A stretch of 64,000 bases of DNA. Source: Gammaproteobacteria bacterium (GTDB lineage: Bacteria; Pseudomonadota; Gammaproteobacteria; Steroidobacterales; Foliamicaceae). Within the stretch, counting starts at the first letter, position 1, and every line of letters begins with the position of its first letter. Both the position numbers and the translations under genes were made by a program. The notes beneath the pieces are model-generated. The model ran no database searches. It had not been told where the DNA came from and saw only the letters and a program-made list of their open reading frames with translations. The stretch covers positions 15,323 to 79,322 of the forward strand of contig JAPOTY010000034.1 of the NCBI GenBank assembly GCA_026708965.1, read 5' to 3'. Shown here in pieces: positions 38,993 through 48,818 of this stretch.

Positions 38993-40092
38993 GCGGCCGC
39001 CCGGGCGCCTAGGCGGCGCCTCCATCGCCTAAGCCGATGGGCATCGCCCAGGCCGAAGCACGCCGCCGCGGCGCCGGCCAGCAGCAGATGCACCCACCAT
39101 ATGCCCAGCCAGGCTGGCGTAAGCCCCTGCGCGGACCACGAAATCGCCGCAGTCACAAGATTGGTGTAGATCACATACACCAACAGCGCCCACGGCAGCG
39201 ATGCGAAACGGCTCTGCCGTGGAAGCCGGCGGCTCAGCGGCAGCGCCATGACAGCAAGTATCAGCAGAACCAGGGGCGCGGACAGGCGCCGCTGGAACTC
39301 CAGCTGCGATTCCAGACCGCCGCTGGCGAGCAAATCGGCAGTCCGCGCGGCATCCAGGCCGAAACCGCCGCTGCCGGCCTCAGGCATGACTGCCGGAATC
39401 CCATGCTCGGCGAAGCGCACCACGCGCAGTTCGGATTCACCTGGCCAGCCGTCGTACAGCAATCCATCCTCGAAGGTCACCATGCGCACCAGCGGATCGG
39501 TGGTTTCCTTGAGCGCCATGCGGTCGGCCACGATCACCTGCATGCGCCCGTCAACCTGCCGGTGGCCGAACACGCGCTCAAGCCGCCCCTCTTCGTCGGC
39601 CTGCTCGGCATACACCACGCCCTGCCCGCCCAGGCCAACGAAGCGGCCCGGCTCCAAGCGCCGCAGATCGCCCAGGGAAGCGGCCTCCCTTTCAAGCTCA
39701 TCCACTGCGCGGCGGGCATCCGGCGCCAGACCCAGCGTCATCCAGCAGGCCAGAGCCGCCACCGGAACAGCCAGCGACAGCACCGGAAGCAATTGCGAGC
39801 GGATGCCGTAGCCGCAGGCCATGGATGCGGGCAACTCGCTGTCGCGGCACAGCCGGCCCAGCGCCAGCAGCAATCCAAAGAAAAGCGCCGCCGGCATGAT
39901 GACGGGCAGGTACTGCAAGCAGGTGTAGCCGATCATTGGCAGCACCGATTCCCGTGGCAGGCGTTGCGAAGCAGCCGCTGAAATAATGCGCACGCACTGG
40001 TTGGTGGCCAGCAGCAGCAGCAGCACGGCAAGCGCGCCAACGAAGTGCGACAGCGCCTCGCGGAAGAGATAGCGGTCGAGAATGCGCCTCAT
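38989..40092 (-). CDS. lptF: LPS export ABC transporter permease LptF
   Basis: MRRILDRYLFREALSHFVGALAVLLLLL...; 367 aa. Divergent from pepA, as in many proteobacteria. Confidence 0.85.
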   Translation of the reverse strand: MRRILDRYLFREALSHFVGALAVLLLLLATNQCVRIISAAASQRLPRESVLPMIGYTCLQYLPVIMPAALFFGLLLALGRLCRDSELPASMACGYGIRSQLLPVLSLAVPVAALACWMTLGLAPDARRAVDELEREAASLGDLRRLEPGRFVGLGGQGVVYAEQADEEGRLERVFGHRQVDGRMQVIVADRMALKETTDPLVRMVTFEDGLLYDGWPGESELRVVRFAEHGIPAVMPEAGSGGFGLDAARTADLLASGGLESQLEFQRRLSAPLVLLILAVMALPLSRRLPRQSRFASLPWALLVYVIYTNLVTAAISWSAQGLTPAWLGIWWVHLLLAGAAAACFGLGDAHRLRRWRRRLGARAAA

Positions 40093-40239
40093 GCGCTCAT
40101 CGCCGCAGGCGGGATGGCGGGAAGCCGAATAACGGACGCCTGCGCCGCTGCCCGCCGCCGGGCAAACGCAATAGAATGGGCCGCCATCCGCGCCGCTGCC
40201 GTTTCAGTGCCGCAAGTTGATTGATCAAGAGGCGAACAC

Positions 40240-41742
40240 ATGGAATTCCACATCACCACCGACAAGCTCGATAGTTTACAAGCCGACCTGGGCATCCTGC
40301 CGGTTTACCAGGATGGCAAGCCAACAACAGCGGCGGCCGGATTGAGCCGCGGTTTGCGGTCGCGGATCGCGCAGGCCATGGCCTCCGGCGATATCCAAGG
40401 CAAGCCCGGCGAAACCCTGCTGCTCACGGATACCGGCAAGCTCGGCGTGAAGCGGCTGCTGCTGGCCGGACTTGGGCGCAAGGACAAGCTGGACGCCAAG
40501 GCCTGGAACAAGGCGCTTGCGGCGGCGGCCAAACGGAGCGAGCGCTCAGCAGCGGAGCATGTGGTCGAGATGCTCGGATTGGAGCAGGTGCCCGGCCTCG
40601 ATGAAACCCGCAAGGCGCGCAATTTCGCCGAGCAGTGGCACTACGCCTCGTACCGCTACACGGCCACGCGCAAGGCGGCCGAGGACGCCCGCCCGAAAAA
40701 CCGCAAGCTAACCGTAACGGCAAGCGGCGGCGCGGACCTCGCGGCGGTCGAACTGGGGCTGAAGCAGGGGCAGGCCATCGGCCGGGCGCGCAATTTCGCC
40801 CGGGAGCTGGGCAATCTCCCGGCCAATGTCTGCACGCCCGCGCATCTGGCCGCGGAAGCCCGCAAGCTGGCCCGGCGCAGTTCGCGGGTCACGGCCAAAA
40901 TCCTGCTCGAAAAGGAGATGAAGGAACTGGGCATGAACTCGCTGCTGTCCGTTTGCGAAGGCAGCCAGCTCAAGCCGCGTCTGATCGTGCTCCGCTACAA
41001 GGGCGCGCCGTCTAAAACCCCGCCGGTCGCGCTGGTGGGCAAGGGCGTGACCTTCGACACGGGCGGAATTTCGCTGAAACCCGGCAGCGCCATGGACGAA
41101 ATGAAGTTCGACATGAGCGGCGCCGGCTCCGTGCTGGGCGTGATGCAGGCGGTGATCGAGCTTCAGTTGCCGATCAACCTGGTGGTGCTGGCGGCGGCGG
41201 TGGAGAATATGCCTGGCGGTCGCGCCACCAAGCCCGGCGATATCGTCAAGGCGATGTCCGGCGAAACCATCGAGATCCTCAACACCGACGCAGAGGGAAG
41301 GCTGATCCTGGCCGACGCGCTCTACTACGCCCTGCGCTTCAAGCCTTCCAGGATCGTGGACGTGGCCACGCTCACCGGGGCCTGCCTGATGGCGCTCGGC
41401 AGGCACTATAGCGGCCTGTTCTCGAAAAGCGACCCGCTGGCGGAGGAATTGCGCCTGGCCGGCGAAGATTCGGGCGACCCGGTATGGCGGCTTCCGCTGG
41501 GTCCGGAGTACATGCCGGAGCTGAAGAGCAATTTCGCCGACATGGCCAATATCGGCTCGCGCTACGCCGGAGCCACCACGGCGGCCTGCTTCCTGTCGCG
41601 CTTCGTGAAGGACGCGAACTGGGCGCATTTGGATATTGCGGGCACCGCTTGGAAGACGGGCTCTAGCAAGGGCAGCACGGGCCGACCGGTGCCTCTGCTC
41701 GCCGAGTTCCTGCTGGGCTGCGCATCCCGTGATTCCGCTTGA
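40240..41742 (+). CDS. pepA: Leucyl aminopeptidase (M17)
   Basis: 500 aa. VGKGVTFDTGGISLKP and NTDAEGRLILADAL. Confidence 0.9.
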   Translation: MEFHITTDKLDSLQADLGILPVYQDGKPTTAAAGLSRGLRSRIAQAMASGDIQGKPGETLLLTDTGKLGVKRLLLAGLGRKDKLDAKAWNKALAAAAKRSERSAAEHVVEMLGLEQVPGLDETRKARNFAEQWHYASYRYTATRKAAEDARPKNRKLTVTASGGADLAAVELGLKQGQAIGRARNFARELGNLPANVCTPAHLAAEARKLARRSSRVTAKILLEKEMKELGMNSLLSVCEGSQLKPRLIVLRYKGAPSKTPPVALVGKGVTFDTGGISLKPGSAMDEMKFDMSGAGSVLGVMQAVIELQLPINLVVLAAAVENMPGGRATKPGDIVKAMSGETIEILNTDAEGRLILADALYYALRFKPSRIVDVATLTGACLMALGRHYSGLFSKSDPLAEELRLAGEDSGDPVWRLPLGPEYMPELKSNFADMANIGSRYAGATTAACFLSRFVKDANWAHLDIAGTAWKTGSSKGSTGRPVPLLAEFLLGCASRDSA

Positions 41743-41806
41743 AGGCGCGCTGATGCACCTATTGCCGCTCCAGCGTTAGAAAAGCTTCGGAGCGAAGGAA
41801 TCTTCA

Positions 41807-44632
41807 GTGGCGCGTATGACAGAGCAAGCGCTGGCGGATCGCTATAGTCCGACCGATATCGAGGCACGGGCCCACCGGCGGTGGGAGCAGGCTGGCTACT
41901 TCGCGCCGAGCGGCGACGGGGCGCCGTTCTGCATCGTGATTCCCCCGCCCAACGTGACCGGCAGCCTGCATATGGGCCACGCCTTCCAGGACACGGTGAT
42001 GGACGCGCTCACGCGCTACCACCGCATGCGCGGCCGCTGCGCGCTGTGGCAGCCCGGCGTGGACCATGCCGGCATCGCCACGCAGATGGTGGTGGAGCGG
42101 CAGCTTGAGGCCGAGGGCCTGAGCCGGCGCGAACTAGGCCGCGAGGAGTTCGTGCGACGGGTGTGGGCGTGGAAGGAGTCGTCCGGCGGGCGAATCGGCG
42201 GCCAGCTTAGGCGCTTGGGAGCCTCGGCGGATTTCTCGCGGGACTGCTTCACGCTCGATGAGGCGCGCAGCCGGGCGGTGATGGAGGTTTTCGTGCGCCT
42301 CCATGAGGAGGGATTGATCTATCGCGGAAAGCGGCTGGTGAATTGGGATCCCGTTCTGCAAACGGCCCTTTCCGATCTCGAAGTGGCATCCAGCGAGGAG
42401 GACGGGCATCTGTGGCGGCTGCGCTACCCGATGGCGGACGGCAAGGGGACGGTGGAGGTCGATACGACCCGCCCGGAAACCATGCTCGGCGACACCGGCG
42501 TGGCGGTCCATCCCGGCGACGAGCGCTACCGGAAACTGATCGGCCGCATGGTGCGCCTGCCCCTGACGGGACGGCAAATCCCGGTGGTGGCCGACGAGGC
42601 CGTGGACCCGAAATTCGGTACGGGGTGCGTGAAAGTCACCCCGGCGCACGATTTCACCGACTACGAAATCGGCCGGCGCCATGATCTTCCGGCCATCAAT
42701 ATCCTCACTGCGCGGGCCTTTCTGAACGATAGCGTCCCGCAGGCGTTCGCCGGGCTGGAGCGTTTTGCCGCCCGCAAGGCCGTGGTGCAGGCGCTCACCG
42801 ACGAGGGCGTGCTGGCGGGCGTGCGCAAGCACCGCCATGTCGTGCCTAGGGGCGACCGCTCGCAGGCGGTGCTTGAGCCGTTCCTCACCGATCAGTGGTT
42901 CGTGCGCGCCGCGCCGCTGGCCGAACCGGCCATCAAGGCAGTGGAGGACGGGCGGGTGCGCTTCGTGCCCGAAAACTGGGCGGCGACCTATTTCGAGTGG
43001 ATGCGCAATATCGAGGACTGGTGCATCAGCCGCCAGCTGTGGTGGGGGCATCGGATTCCGGCATGGCACGGCGATGACGGCGCGGTGTTCGTGGGCCGCA
43101 GCGAGGAAGAGCTGCGGCGCCAGCACGGCTTGCCGGATGATTTGGTCCTGCGGCGCGACGACGATGTGCTGGACACTTGGTTCTCATCGGCACTGTGGCC
43201 TTTCTCCACCCTGGGATGGCCGGAGAAAACGCCGGAGCTTGAGCGCTTCTATCCGGGCACGGTGCTGGTGACCGGCTTCGATATCCTGTTCTTCTGGGTG
43301 GCCCGCATGGTGATGATGGGCCTTAAGTTCATGGGCGATGTGCCGTTCAGGGAGGTGTACGTGCATGGCCTGATCCGCGATCACGAAGGCAACAAGATGT
43401 CGAAATCGCGGGGCAATGTGATCGATCCGCTGGACTTGATCGACGGCGTGGACCCGGACGCGCTGGTGGCCAAGCGCACCGCCGGGCTGATGCAGCCGCA
43501 AAGCGCGCCCGGCATCGAGCGCGCCACGCGCGAGCAGTTCCCCAAAGGCATCCCCGCCTTCGGCGCCGATGCCGTGCGCTTCAGTTTCGCCGCCATGGCC
43601 AGCACCGGCCAGGACATCCGCTACGACCTGGAGCGCACCGCCGGCTACCGCAATTTCTGCACCAAGCTCTGGAATGCCGCGCGTTTCGTGCTCATGCAGC
43701 ACACGGCCGGAAGCGAAGATGCCGCGCGCTCCGGGAAAGCGGCGGGGAGCGGCGCGGCCAGCAACGGAGACAGCGCGGCAGCCATCGTGAACCGCTGGAT
43801 CATTTCCCGCCTAGGCGCGGCCCTGCGCGCCACCAGCGACGCGATCGACGGCTACCGCCTGGATCTGGCAAGCAGCGCGATGTACGACTTCGTGTGGCGT
43901 GAATACTGCGACTGGCACTTGGAACTGGCCAAGCACATCCTGAGCGCCGGCAAGGCCGAGGAGGCCGCCGCGACACGAACCACGCTCGTGCAGGTTCTGG
44001 AGGTGATCCTGCGCGCCCTCCATCCCATCATGCCGTTCATCACCGAGGCGCTCTGGCAACGCATCGCTCCCCTTGCCGGCGCATCGGGCGACAGCATCAT
44101 GATTGCTTCCTGGCCGCAGGCAGACGAATTCCCCGAAGACGCGGACGCCGAGGCCGAAATCAAATGGCTGCAAGGCTTCGTGCTCGGCATTCGGCAAATT
44201 CGCGGCGAGCTGAATCTGCCTCCGGGCCGCAGGCTGGATATGCTGGCGCAGGGCGCCACCGATAAGGACCGGGCGCGGATGAGCTCTCTTTCCGGTCTGC
44301 TCCACCCCATGGCCGGCATCAACGAACTCTTGGAACTGGCGCCGGATGCCGAACCGCCGCCCGCCGCCTCGGCCCTGCACGGCGGGCTGCGCCTGCTCAC
44401 GCCGCTGGCCGGCATCATTGACCCGGCCGCCGAGCGGACAAGGCTTGAGAAACTTCGCGCCCAAGCCGAAAAAGCCTTGCAGGCGACCGAAAAGAAGCTG
44501 GCCAATCCGCAGTTCCTTGCCAAGGCGCCGCCCGAAGTGGTGCAAACCGCGCAAGACCGCCGCGCCGCCTTGGCCCGCGATCTCGAAAGCCTCGCCGAAC
44601 AGATTAAACGGCTCGACAACATGCAAAATTAG
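41807..44632 (+). CDS. valS: Valine-tRNA ligase
   Basis: 941 aa. [15 protein letters not shown], the KMSKS motif and a C-terminal coiled coil. The start is GTG 41807 or ATG 41816. Confidence 0.95.
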   Translation: MARMTEQALADRYSPTDIEARAHRRWEQAGYFAPSGDGAPFCIVIPPPNVTGSLHMGHAFQDTVMDALTRYHRMRGRCALWQPGVDHAGIATQMVVERQLEAEGLSRRELGREEFVRRVWAWKESSGGRIGGQLRRLGASADFSRDCFTLDEARSRAVMEVFVRLHEEGLIYRGKRLVNWDPVLQTALSDLEVASSEEDGHLWRLRYPMADGKGTVEVDTTRPETMLGDTGVAVHPGDERYRKLIGRMVRLPLTGRQIPVVADEAVDPKFGTGCVKVTPAHDFTDYEIGRRHDLPAINILTARAFLNDSVPQAFAGLERFAARKAVVQALTDEGVLAGVRKHRHVVPRGDRSQAVLEPFLTDQWFVRAAPLAEPAIKAVEDGRVRFVPENWAATYFEWMRNIEDWCISRQLWWGHRIPAWHGDDGAVFVGRSEEELRRQHGLPDDLVLRRDDDVLDTWFSSALWPFSTLGWPEKTPELERFYPGTVLVTGFDILFFWVARMVMMGLKFMGDVPFREVYVHGLIRDHEGNKMSKSRGNVIDPLDLIDGVDPDALVAKRTAGLMQPQSAPGIERATREQFPKGIPAFGADAVRFSFAAMASTGQDIRYDLERTAGYRNFCTKLWNAARFVLMQHTAGSEDAARSGKAAGSGAASNGDSAAAIVNRWIISRLGAALRATSDAIDGYRLDLASSAMYDFVWREYCDWHLELAKHILSAGKAEEAAATRTTLVQVLEVILRALHPIMPFITEALWQRIAPLAGASGDSIMIASWPQADEFPEDADAEAEIKWLQGFVLGIRQIRGELNLPPGRRLDMLAQGATDKDRARMSSLSGLLHPMAGINELLELAPDAEPPPAASALHGGLRLLTPLAGIIDPAAERTRLEKLRAQAEKALQATEKKLANPQFLAKAPPEVVQTAQDRRAALARDLESLAEQIKRLDNMQN

Positions 44633-44744
44633 CGCCTGTTGGCTCCAGCCGGCGCGCCTGTCCGCCTTTGCTCCGTCCTCTTTTCCGAGGGAGACGCATG
44701 AACCCATCCATGGGGCTTGGCGGCGGCCAAGAGGCAGGCTTTCA

Positions 44745-45038
44745 TTAGCCTGCACTCGTGCTTGTCTTGGCTAGTATCTGGTCCAGAATCTCTTCTGACT
44801 TCATCGGATTTGGTTGCATTGCCTCGGCCCAAGGGCGACCTGGATGAATCGTGTCCCATGGTGATCGAGCCTGATTGTAGCGATTCTTTCCCGGATCGTT
44901 GTTGCCGAACCCCTCTACCACTTTATTCCAAATGGGAGAAAACCGATCAATGAGCAAAGATTCCCCAAGTGGTATCCAGATATCGTCCACTACAAGAAAT
45001 CGGCACCAAAAATCTTCCAATTTCAAGTTCTTGGCCAC
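44745..45038 (-). pseudogene. C-terminal half of an Eco29kI-like (GIY-YIG class) restriction endonuclease; N-terminal catalytic half missing
   Basis: LEDFWCRFLVVDDIWIPLGESLLIDRFSPIWNKVVEGFGNNDPGKNRYNQARSPWDTIHPGRPWA matches my recollection of the Eco29kI-family C-terminal region. An in-frame TAG lies ~19 codons upstream and the dcm stop is only 23 bp away. There is therefore no room for the ~100-aa GIY-YIG part. Confidence 0.5.
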
Positions 45039-45061
45039 CTCTATTGAGGAGGCATGCTTTT

Positions 45062-46258
45062 TCAGATTTCGAGGCTTGAGAGCGCATATTCTATGCAGCT
45101 ATTGAGGGCCTCCCCAAGCACATGCGCCAGTGTCACTGGCACGGCATTGCCGATTTGGCGCATGGTTTCAGTCCATGAGCCAGGGAATAGATAGTCATCG
45201 GGGAATGTTTGCAGGCGAGCAGCCTCCCGAACACTAAAATAACGAAACGTGCCGTCGGTGCGAGCGAGCATGTTCTCGCCTCCCGGAACGCCGTGGTCTC
45301 CGGCCTTTAGCACTTTCGCAGGTTCATCATAGCCGCTGCCAGTATGGCCAGGATAAGGTCGAGCGCCCGGCTGATACCGGTGATTTGGTATTGATTCGCA
45401 GTCTGTCGGGGAGTGCTCGGGATCGGCCAGCCCAACTAATGCGTCCCGTACGGTTTGCCAAGGCTGCAAGGGTGGCGGGAAATCAAAGCCGCGACAGCGT
45501 TCAACGCGCCGGTGCGCCCCGCTCGGCATAGGCGGTCGATTGCGTTTGGCAATGCGATGGCGGTCCCAATAAGCACCTGTCACCCATTGTTCCCAGAGAA
45601 GGGAATCTAACGAGTGTGTGGGCTTCGGGAACTTCCACTCAACATTCAGGTCGGACCGTAATCCAACCATGATCATCCGATGCCTTTTCTGCGGAACGCC
45701 AAAGTCGGCAGCATTGAGGACACCGATATCCACTCGGTAAGAGAGACCCGCGAATCTGGCGCTAGAAGCGTGGTGCTGGGCCAGTCTTGCCGCATGGTCA
45801 ATCCAGCTTTTACCTTCCTTTGCTATCAGCCCAGGAAATGTCAATTGATCTCGAATGTACTCCAGGTAGCGTGAGAAGGTGGGGCGCCGCAGGCCTTGCA
45901 CATTCTCGAAAATGAAAGCTTTCGGGGCTAGTTCGCGGATTGCGCGGATTGCCTCCGGGAACATATCGCGTTCGTCCAAGTGGCCATGATGTTTACCACC
46001 TAGAGAAAATGGCTGGCAGGGAGGCCCGCCGGAAACCAGATCCATTCCAGCCCCAAGGGGCTCATAGTTCACCTCTCTCACATCGCATTCACGGATTGGC
46101 CAGCCTTCAACGGCTGAGTGGCTCAAAGCTTGGTTCATCCGAAGCGTTTCACAAGCGTGGATGTCTCTATCGGTTACGAGTTCGTGACGGAATCCCGCAC
46201 GCGCAAGACCCATGCCAAGACCGCCGGCACCGGCGAAAAGCTCAACCGACCTAAGCAT
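45062..46258 (-). CDS. dcm: DNA (cytosine-5)-methyltransferase
   Basis: All hallmark motifs are present: ELFAGAGG (I), GGPPCQPFS (IV), ENV (VI), QKRHR (VIII) and GNAVPV (X). The start was taken at ATG 46258 (MLRSVELFAGAGG). The region is AT-richer. Confidence 0.9.
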   Translation of the reverse strand: MLRSVELFAGAGGLGMGLARAGFRHELVTDRDIHACETLRMNQALSHSAVEGWPIRECDVREVNYEPLGAGMDLVSGGPPCQPFSLGGKHHGHLDERDMFPEAIRAIRELAPKAFIFENVQGLRRPTFSRYLEYIRDQLTFPGLIAKEGKSWIDHAARLAQHHASSARFAGLSYRVDIGVLNAADFGVPQKRHRMIMVGLRSDLNVEWKFPKPTHSLDSLLWEQWVTGAYWDRHRIAKRNRPPMPSGAHRRVERCRGFDFPPPLQPWQTVRDALVGLADPEHSPTDCESIPNHRYQPGARPYPGHTGSGYDEPAKVLKAGDHGVPGGENMLARTDGTFRYFSVREAARLQTFPDDYLFPGSWTETMRQIGNAVPVTLAHVLGEALNSCIEYALSSLEI

Positions 46259-46685
46259 GATGGCTATCCAGGGAATCTTTAACGGGCTTTGGTTCGGGTT
46301 GATTGAGCTTGTCCCGCTGCCGCTTGCCTTGCAGCTTCGGCAGCCAGAATTCAAGCCGGGATCTCAGTAGCCGAACCATGCTACAGCTTTCGTGGCGATG
46401 CTAGAAATACCAAGATACGGGACATCCGCACACTACGCCGCAATTGTGTGAGGGTATCAGCCACCGATGGAAGGTCGTGTCAATTGCATACCCCGCAGCG
46501 CGGCGGATAGCATCCTGAGTTGATAGGGGAATATACCATCGCGATGGCCGTAAACCTTAACGGGCAACAAGATTCGTGCTTCGGTTTTTCGGGGCGCTAG
46601 CGTTCCTCAAGACGGCGGGGGCCGCTTCGCTGCTTGCGGGTAGTACACTTGAGGCGGTTTAGCGGGTGGCTCGCGGGAGCAGGCT

Positions 46686-48815
46686 GTGGCCGAACGATCG
46701 TTCGCGAAGGAAGTCGAATTGTTGCGCTTGGGGGCGGGCGAGGAATTCCGCGGCGAAGGCATTCTCGCGGTCACTAAAGCGCTGCTCCAGTCCGGCGTGG
46801 CCTATGTGGCCGGCTACCAAGGCGCCCCCGTCTCGCACTTGATGGACGTGCTCGCGGACGCAGGCGATATTCTCGACGAATTGGGCGTGCGCTTCGAGTC
46901 GAGCGCCAGCGAAGCCACCGCCGCCGCCACTCTGGCGGCTTCGATCAACTACCCGCTGCGGGGCGCGGTCACTTGGAAATCGACGGTGGGCACCAACGTG
47001 GCCAGCGACGCGCTGGGCAACCTCGCCTCGGCAGGCGTCCAGGGCGGCGCGCTCATCATTCTCGGCGAGGATTACGGCGAAGGCTCCAGCATCATGCAGG
47101 AGCGCACCCACGCCTTCGCGATGAAGTCGCAGCTGTGGCTGCTCGACCCCAAGCCGCGGCTCGACTGCATCGTCAACGCGGTCCAGCAGGGCTTCGAACT
47201 GTCCGAGGCCAGCAATACGCCGGTGATGCTGATGCTGCGCATCCGCGCCTGCCACCTCTACGGCCGCTTCATTGCCAGCGATAACCGGCGGCCGCCGTTC
47301 ACCGCAAGCGACGCGCTGAACGCGCCAAGGCGCGATGCTTCGCGCATCATCCTGCCGCCCCATACCTACGCGCAGGAACAGGAAAAGACGCAGCGGCGCT
47401 GGCCGGCCGCGGTGCGCTTCATCCGGGAGCGCAAACTGAATGAGTTCATCGACGGCCCCGAGAGCGGGCTGGGGATCGTGCTGCAAGGCGGCCTCCACAA
47501 CGGCGTGTTTCGAGCCTTGGAGCGGCTCGGATTGGCCAACAGCTTCGGCGTCTCGCGGCTGCCCCTGTACGTGCTGAACGCGACCTACCCGCTGGTGGAA
47601 GAGGAATTCGTGCGCTTTGCCGCCGGGAAGCGCGCCCTGCTGATCGTCGAGGAAGGCCAGCCCGAGCATATCGAACAAGCCGCGAACCAATTTCTGCGCC
47701 GCGCCGACCTCAATACCCGGGTGCTGGGCAAGGGCCCTCTGCCCATGGCCGGCGAATACACCGGCGCGGTGCTCCAGGAAGGCATCAGGGCCTTCGTGGA
47801 GGAGCATGCCCCCCGCCTCCTCAGCCCGGCGCCTGAACAGCCGCTGCTGCCGGCCTCGCAATTGCGCGCGGCAGTGCCCGAGCGGCCTTCGGGGCTATGC
47901 ACCGGCTGCCCGGAGCGGCCCCTTTTCTCGTCGCTGAAACTGCTGCAAAAGGAGATCGGGCCGGTGCATGTGAGCGCCGATATCGGCTGCCACTCCTTCG
48001 CCAGCCTGGCGCCGTTCAACCTCGGCGCCAGCATCTTGGGCTACGGCTTGGGCAGCGCCGCGGTCTCCGCGCTGCATGGCGGCGGCGAGGGCAAGCGCCC
48101 CATCTCGATCATGGGCGACGGCGGCTTCTGGCACAACGGGCTAACCAGCGGCATCAGCAACGCCGTGTTCAACGAGCACGACGGCGTGACCATCATCGTC
48201 GATAACGGCTATGCCGCCGCCACTGGCGGGCAGTGGGTGCCCTCGTCGGAAGCGGACGCGCCGCGCCGCAAGGCCCGCCTGCCGATCGCCGACGCGGTGC
48301 GCGGCGTGGGGGTGCGCTGGGTGCGCAGCCTCAATACGTACGACATGAAAGGCACCCTGAAGGTTCTGCGCGAAGCCATGGCCGCCCGCGAAAAAGGCCC
48401 CAAGGTGATCGTGGCCCAGGGCGAGTGCCAGCTCAACCGCCAGCGGCGCATCCGCCCCCTGCTCAATCGCCGGCGCAAGGCCGGCAAGCGCGTGGCCCGC
48501 AAACACTATGGCGTGGATGCCGACACCTGCACGGGCGACCATTCCTGCATCCGGCTGTCCGGCTGCCCTTCGCTCACCGTCAGGCCCAATCCCGATCCGC
48601 TCAGGAGCGCGCCCGTGGCGGCGGTGAACCATGACTGCGTGGGATGCGGAGTATGCGGCGAAGTGGCGCATGCCGCCGTCCTTTGCCCCTCGTTCTACCA
48701 TGCCGAACTGGTCGATAACCCGGGCCGGCTGGAACAATTCATGCAGCGCCTGCGCCATAGTCTGATCGGCTTGCTGCAAAGGCGCAATCAGCGCAAGCGG
48801 GCGCTGGCTTGGTAA
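46686..48815 (+). CDS. iorA: Indolepyruvate/arylpyruvate:ferredoxin oxidoreductase alpha subunit (IorA family)
   Basis: 709 aa. GVAYVAGYQGAPVSHLMD, TPP-binding GDGGFWHNG and Cys clusters CTGCPERP / CVGCGVCGE. Confidence 0.85.
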   Translation: MAERSFAKEVELLRLGAGEEFRGEGILAVTKALLQSGVAYVAGYQGAPVSHLMDVLADAGDILDELGVRFESSASEATAAATLAASINYPLRGAVTWKSTVGTNVASDALGNLASAGVQGGALIILGEDYGEGSSIMQERTHAFAMKSQLWLLDPKPRLDCIVNAVQQGFELSEASNTPVMLMLRIRACHLYGRFIASDNRRPPFTASDALNAPRRDASRIILPPHTYAQEQEKTQRRWPAAVRFIRERKLNEFIDGPESGLGIVLQGGLHNGVFRALERLGLANSFGVSRLPLYVLNATYPLVEEEFVRFAAGKRALLIVEEGQPEHIEQAANQFLRRADLNTRVLGKGPLPMAGEYTGAVLQEGIRAFVEEHAPRLLSPAPEQPLLPASQLRAAVPERPSGLCTGCPERPLFSSLKLLQKEIGPVHVSADIGCHSFASLAPFNLGASILGYGLGSAAVSALHGGGEGKRPISIMGDGGFWHNGLTSGISNAVFNEHDGVTIIVDNGYAAATGGQWVPSSEADAPRRKARLPIADAVRGVGVRWVRSLNTYDMKGTLKVLREAMAAREKGPKVIVAQGECQLNRQRRIRPLLNRRRKAGKRVARKHYGVDADTCTGDHSCIRLSGCPSLTVRPNPDPLRSAPVAAVNHDCVGCGVCGEVAHAAVLCPSFYHAELVDNPGRLEQFMQRLRHSLIGLLQRRNQRKRALAW

Positions 48816-48818
48816 CCT

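Noticed and set aside
41743-41806. Expected holC between pepA and valS, as in E. coli and Pseudomonas. Likewise, folK is expected between pcnB and panB.
   Set aside because: Only a 64-bp gap is present, and a deoxynucleoside kinase sits at the other site. Synteny varies among lineages, so absence is not treated as an anomaly.
46259-46685. 427-bp AT-richer spacer between dcm and iorA, including a 43-codon ORF (MVRLLRSRLEFWLPKLQGKRQRDKLNQPEP...) that might be a controller (C) protein.
   Set aside because: There is no helix-turn-helix pattern or C-box-like repeats. It is probably just promoter or junk DNA at the island edge.
46659-47861. 400-aa minus-strand ORF antisense to iorA. There are many similar long ORFs, for example 15967-17001, 33466-34842, 5813-6772, 9606-10535, 23923-25914, 35904-37139, 57394-58611 and 63288-63998.
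   Set aside because: They are Arg/Ala/Gly/Pro-rich low-complexity translations lying opposite or out of frame to genes with clear family motifs. These are typical shadow ORFs of high-GC DNA.
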